Shown: in pieces, positions 60,471 through 64,000 of the stretch
Position numbering within the stretch: position 1 is the first letter of the stretch
How the letters are laid out: each line of letters opens with the position of its first letter
Assembly (NCBI GenBank): GCA_045645425.1
Contig: JAZRIS010000017.1
Coordinates: 1,573 to 65,572 of the forward strand
DNA length: 64,000 nt
Direction: 5' to 3'
Source: Barnesiella sp.
Lineage (GTDB): Bacteria > Bacteroidota > Bacteroidia > Bacteroidales > Barnesiellaceae_A
Notes under the pieces: model-generated
The model's database searches: none
What the model was told of the DNA's origin: nothing
Seen by the model: the letters and a program-made list of their open reading frames with translations, nothing else
Translations under genes and position numbers: made by a program

Positions 60471-62141
60471 TTATTTCTTGATAAAGGTCTTTACACCCAC
60501 GCCTTCTTGGTGTACATATTGCAAGATGTATGTACCGGCGGCAAGCGACGATACGTTTACCTCGTTTTTGTAGGCATCCAAGCTACCGGCTTGCAACTGT
60601 GCTCCGGCTACCGAGTAGATGGCATAGTTGCCACCCACGGCGGGTACCTCGATGGTAACAACATCGGTAGCTACTGCGGGATAGATGCGCATGGCATCGC
60701 TCATCACGCTCTCGACGGCTTCGGTGGTCACAATATTTATGCTAAATTGTTTCTCAAAAGACTCACCGGTGTTGGTGTTTGTCACCTTTATCAACACGCT
60801 CTTGAACGAGTTCTTGTCCTCTACGGTTTGGGTCGATACGAGCTTGCCATCTACTACATCATAGGGCGAAGCAGTATATTTTTGTGTTACAGGGTGCTTG
60901 GGGCCATTGAGCTCATAGGCAAATACGGCTTCTTCGTCATCACACAACACATTTACATCGGCAAGTGCCACACCGGCGGCTGTTCCGGCAACAAACTCAG
61001 TTGTGCTCAAGCTCATGCCATAGGGGGCTGTTGTGGGAGCACCTACACCTATCACGGCACCGTGCATATACAAGAACGAGATACCTTGGTATGAGTCGGT
61101 CATGTTGTCGAGGCTGAAGTAGCCATCGCCATATCCGCCCCAACCCCAATTACAGTGTACCATTTGGGTTGAGCTTTTCCATCCGTCTATGTTCCAGCAG
61201 TGACCGCCATTACCTTGTGCATCGGCAGCACCTTGATACAACACGGCACGGCCAAAGAGCAACTCGGTAAGTATCTTGTCATACCACTCGTCATCGGTGT
61301 AATAGTCGCGAATAATTACCTCCATCTTTGTCTTGTCATATTGGAAGTTGCGAGCAAGCGCCTTCATGGCATCGTCGATATATGCACCCGAGAAAGTGAG
61401 GCTGTACATCATATTGATAGACACACCGGCATGATACAAGAGGCGTGCCACCTCGTCATAGTTTCCGGTTTTGTCGCTGGCATACATGGCATCCCAGTCG
61501 TACGAGGGCTCGGCATCGTAATCTACCGAGAGCTTCAAGTTTTGGTATTTATAAGTGTTCTTTCCAACAGGACGGTCGGGATAACGTTGCACCATCATGG
61601 CTTGCGACATGGCTACAGCCACGCAACCTACCAAGGCATGCTCGCCATCGATAGTGGGACAATATTTGTTGTAAGGATCTCTTTGGTTGAGGTTTACAGT
61701 GATGAAGGGTGCGATGTCGGGGGTAGTATTGACATCGGCGGCAGGCTTGCGTTGTCTGATGCGATTCCACGCTACATGATCTACCTCACCGGCAGCAGCA
61801 CGGGCTGTAATCATCTTGGCATTGAAGTCAAGCAACTCACCCATAGCACCGGGGGCTGCAAATGTGCCTGTGGTGTTGTAACCTATCACGGGCGAAGATG
61901 ACGATTGAGCCGAAACAACAATCCATCCGCCGGCATTGTATTCTATAACATAATAAGCAGGAACGCCGTCGCGCTCTACAAGGCGCACTTGAGCATCATC
62001 CTCACCATGCCACTCGCTATCGAGCGACAAGAAATTATCGGCTGTAAGTTTGGCCATTTCGGGCGTAACAACAGTTGCCGAAGCAACAAAGAGTAACAAC
62101 GAAGCAATCGCTGCGGTAACAAAAGTAAAAATTTTCTTCAT
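60471..62141 (-). CDS. C10 cysteine protease copy 3, with cadherin-like domain and T9SS CTD
   Basis: Same motifs: NQRDPYNKYCP, VGCVAV, GGHCWNIDG, HCNWGW. Confidence 0.9.
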   Translation of the reverse strand: MKKIFTFVTAAIASLLLFVASATVVTPEMAKLTADNFLSLDSEWHGEDDAQVRLVERDGVPAYYVIEYNAGGWIVVSAQSSSSPVIGYNTTGTFAAPGAMGELLDFNAKMITARAAAGEVDHVAWNRIRQRKPAADVNTTPDIAPFITVNLNQRDPYNKYCPTIDGEHALVGCVAVAMSQAMMVQRYPDRPVGKNTYKYQNLKLSVDYDAEPSYDWDAMYASDKTGNYDEVARLLYHAGVSINMMYSLTFSGAYIDDAMKALARNFQYDKTKMEVIIRDYYTDDEWYDKILTELLFGRAVLYQGAADAQGNGGHCWNIDGWKSSTQMVHCNWGWGGYGDGYFSLDNMTDSYQGISFLYMHGAVIGVGAPTTAPYGMSLSTTEFVAGTAAGVALADVNVLCDDEEAVFAYELNGPKHPVTQKYTASPYDVVDGKLVSTQTVEDKNSFKSVLIKVTNTNTGESFEKQFSINIVTTEAVESVMSDAMRIYPAVATDVVTIEVPAVGGNYAIYSVAGAQLQAGSLDAYKNEVNVSSLAAGTYILQYVHQEGVGVKTFIKK

Positions 62142-62188
62142 CTTGAGAGATTATAATGTGGTGTTAAAATTTAGGTTTTTACAACGTG

Positions 62189-62219
62189 CAAAGATAAACA
62201 TTTATGGCACAACAACAAA
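62189..62219 (-). promoter_or_regulatory. Bacteroidetes promoter for C10 copy 3
   Basis: Minus strand TTTG (62219-62216), 19-nt spacer, TATCTTTG (62196-62189). Confidence 0.75.
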
Positions 62220-62280
62220 GAGATTGACATTTTTTAAAAAAGACGAAGTGTGTAAGGGTGGGAAATAACAGATAATATAT

Positions 62281-63048
62281 TTTTTAACCCCTTCCCTCTG
62301 CGAGGAGTTCCCCTATCTCGTTTCACTCGCAGGGGCAGAAAAGGTTAGCTACACCAAGTGGGTGGGGTTAAATCGTGTGAAACACGAGGCAGAGGGTAAT
62401 ATTTTCCTCCTCTGAGTTTTGCTGAGGCAAAATATAGGGGACTGTTGCGAATAAGCGAGAGCAGAGCTATGCTTGCATAAGCTATGCCGAGCGTGAGCAA
62501 CTTGGTCAATAGACAAATGGCTGCCAAGCCGGAGGGGTTGGAAGTCACACAAACCACCGTGTGAAGCACGGGTCGAGGAGCGGTAGCGACGAGATATAGT
62601 AGCCCCGTACGAGCCACGTTAGTGGCGATGTGCGGGGTATGGTGGGATTATAAAAATACCCGCCACCGCACGCCGTGGGCGTGCGGTGGCGGGTGGATGG
62701 AGGTGGTGACGGATACCCCGCACTGCGCCGTCGCTGACGCTCCGGCTTGTACGGGGCTACTGTATTCCGTTCCCTGCGGGAACTCCACCGGCCTTTCAGG
62801 CCACTATGCGGCGCTACTTATTCGCATGCCCGCAAGGGGCATTGCGACCCGACTTTCAGTCGAGATTTGCTTCAATCGTGGAGGTTTTTAACCCCTTCCC
62901 TCTGCGAGGACTTCCCCTATATTGCTTCGCAACACAGGGGCAGAAAAGGTTACCTTCTCTACTATACGCATGCAAGGTGGTATATTTTTGCTCCCCTATC
63001 CCTTCGGGCAGAGGAGCAAAAGGTTGCCTACGCCGCGTGGGGCGGGGG
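62281..63048. repeat. Cluster of palindromic REP-like intergenic repeats
   Basis: Direct repeats at 62281-62347 and 62885-62952, an inverted interrupted copy at ~62402-62539, a degenerate copy at ~62985-63048, and a nested hairpin at 62577-62786. Confidence 0.8.
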
Positions 63049-63123
63049 CGTTTTCTTATGCAGGATATTTTTAAATTTAAATGACGACCGAAAGCATTGG
63101 GAGTAATGCTCTTCCGTTTTGCA

Positions 63124-63867
63124 TTATTGCGAGCAAGAATGCATTTTCAGCAATAAGTTTTCGTGCAACCATGCCGGAACTATATCCTCATGGAGAATGA
63201 GAGTATCTTGGTCAAACTCGGCTAAACATATCCATTCTTCACTACTATTGTCAAATAAATAGGCTCTGTCACAAAGTTTGATTGTTTCAAAAAGATTTTG
63301 TAACGACTTCTCATACCTTTTCCTTACCTTATCCTCGGGCACATCATGACCTCCTTGAGCTACACGTTGAGCCACACGCCTTATATTTATTTCCACATCT
63401 TTTGTCGAAACAAAATAAAGATATATTCTATAACCCAATTTCTTTGCCAATCGGATATACTCCAACTTACGAATGTCCGACAAAACAGTTTCTACTGTAA
63501 ATTGGTGAACAATATTGAGCATATTGTTGCGAATGTAATCGGCAACAAAAGCCGAAAAATATCCATCGACACAATCAGGTGCAACATACAGCCTGTTAGA
63601 CTCAATCCTCAATGAGTCTATCAAATCATGTGCTTTAGCAACGTGGGAAATCCACGTTGATGACCTAAAAGTCTCCACAAATCCCTCTATATCGGGTGTG
63701 ATGGCATAGTCGTCAAAGTTCAAGACCCCATTTTCAGTCAAACTCTTATGTATGTCATCGGCATTGACAAAATAGGGACAACCTATCTTACTATCTATAT
63801 ACCTGAATATGGTAGATTTTCCCGACCCATTGGGTCCGGCAAAAATGCGCAATCTCTTTACCGGCAT
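63124..63867 (-). CDS. Zeta-toxin-like P-loop NTPase/kinase
   Basis: IFAGPNGSGKST, FVNADDI, FTVETVLS, AK..GY...LYFV, RV..RV..GGHDVP...RY, FDNS. Confidence 0.85.
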   Translation of the reverse strand: MPVKRLRIFAGPNGSGKSTIFRYIDSKIGCPYFVNADDIHKSLTENGVLNFDDYAITPDIEGFVETFRSSTWISHVAKAHDLIDSLRIESNRLYVAPDCVDGYFSAFVADYIRNNMLNIVHQFTVETVLSDIRKLEYIRLAKKLGYRIYLYFVSTKDVEINIRRVAQRVAQGGHDVPEDKVRKRYEKSLQNLFETIKLCDRAYLFDNSSEEWICLAEFDQDTLILHEDIVPAWLHENLLLKMHSCSQ

Positions 63868-63873
63868 AACAAT

Positions 63874-63999
63874 CTATTTTGTCAATTTGTAGGTCATGCC
63901 TTTAGAGAGCTTGACATCCGATTTGGCAACTCTACCTATTACCGAACGAGTATGTCCATTCACCTCTACAATATCCGAATTTTTAGCCACAGTATAGGC
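63874..63999 (-). CDS. C-terminal part of a small protein upstream of the zeta-like gene (5' end outside the window)
   Basis: Open frame ...AYTVAKNSDIVEVNGHTRSVIGRVAKSDVKLSKGMTYKLTK*, stopping 6 nt before the zeta-like ATG. Confidence 0.6.
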   Translation of the reverse strand, partial: AYTVAKNSDIVEVNGHTRSVIGRVAKSDVKLSKGMTYKLTK

Positions 64000-64000
64000 G

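Larger units (their letters stand above)
56752..60723. repeat. Three near-identical 253-nt direct repeats (56752-57004, 58557-58809, 60471-60723) encoding the C10 CTDs
   Basis: By-eye alignment gives about 10 mismatches between copies 1 and 2 and about 5 between copies 2 and 3. Confidence 0.9.

Noticed and set aside
56752-60723. C10 3' repeats as DGR template/variable repeats
   Set aside because: There is no reverse transcriptase, all copies are coding, and the differences are few, largely synonymous or conservative, and not adenine-specific.
15035-61901. Many 150-310 aa antisense ORFs (e.g. 15035-15862, 29619-30560, 46707-47357, 57826-58548, 61200-61901)
   Set aside because: Each lies fully opposite a well-supported gene and is explained by codon bias on the coding strand.
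62281-63048. CRISPR array or type III TA antitoxin array
   Set aside because: The repeats are irregularly spaced and in mixed orientation, with no uniform spacers or cas genes. They lie downstream, not upstream, of the toxin-like gene.
62345-63106. Short ORFs in the repeat region
   Set aside because: They are translations of GC-rich palindromes with no protein-like features or consistent strand.

Overview
A 64-kb, gene-dense chromosomal window from a Bacteroidales (Bacteroidota) bacterium. The assignment rests on TAnnTTTG/TTTG promoters, a Bacteroidetes-type SecA N-terminus, single-subunit GlyRS, PorT and several T9SS-type C-terminal sorting domains. Most genes are housekeeping or envelope genes: secA (cut by the left edge and missing from the ORF track), DUF4105/Lnb-like N-acyltransferase, a B12/iron-type ABC transporter, porT, meaB, pdxB, recG, ispD, rplS, glyQS, parC, tRNA-Leu(TAG), pheS, nth, prfA, pyrF, rbr, pgk, pdxA, rlmN, ppiD-like and lptC. 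Accessory content is an M6 metalloprotease with duplicated unknown domains, an MBOAT/SGNH acylation pair, a GH43, a secreted two-domain repeat protein, and three tandem C10 cysteine proteases. Those proteases have cadherin-like domains and near-identical 3' ends. Beyond them lie a ~770-nt mosaic of palindromic REP-like repeats and a zeta-toxin-like P-loop gene with a small partner. I saw no CRISPR array, integrase, transposase, reverse transcriptase or phage gene. The best leads are the C10 array, the REP/REPIN-like region, an apparently inactive phosphatase coupled to lnb, and a GtrA fusion to an acyltransferase domain lacking its catalytic His. All calls are by-eye motif recognition; no database searches were run.
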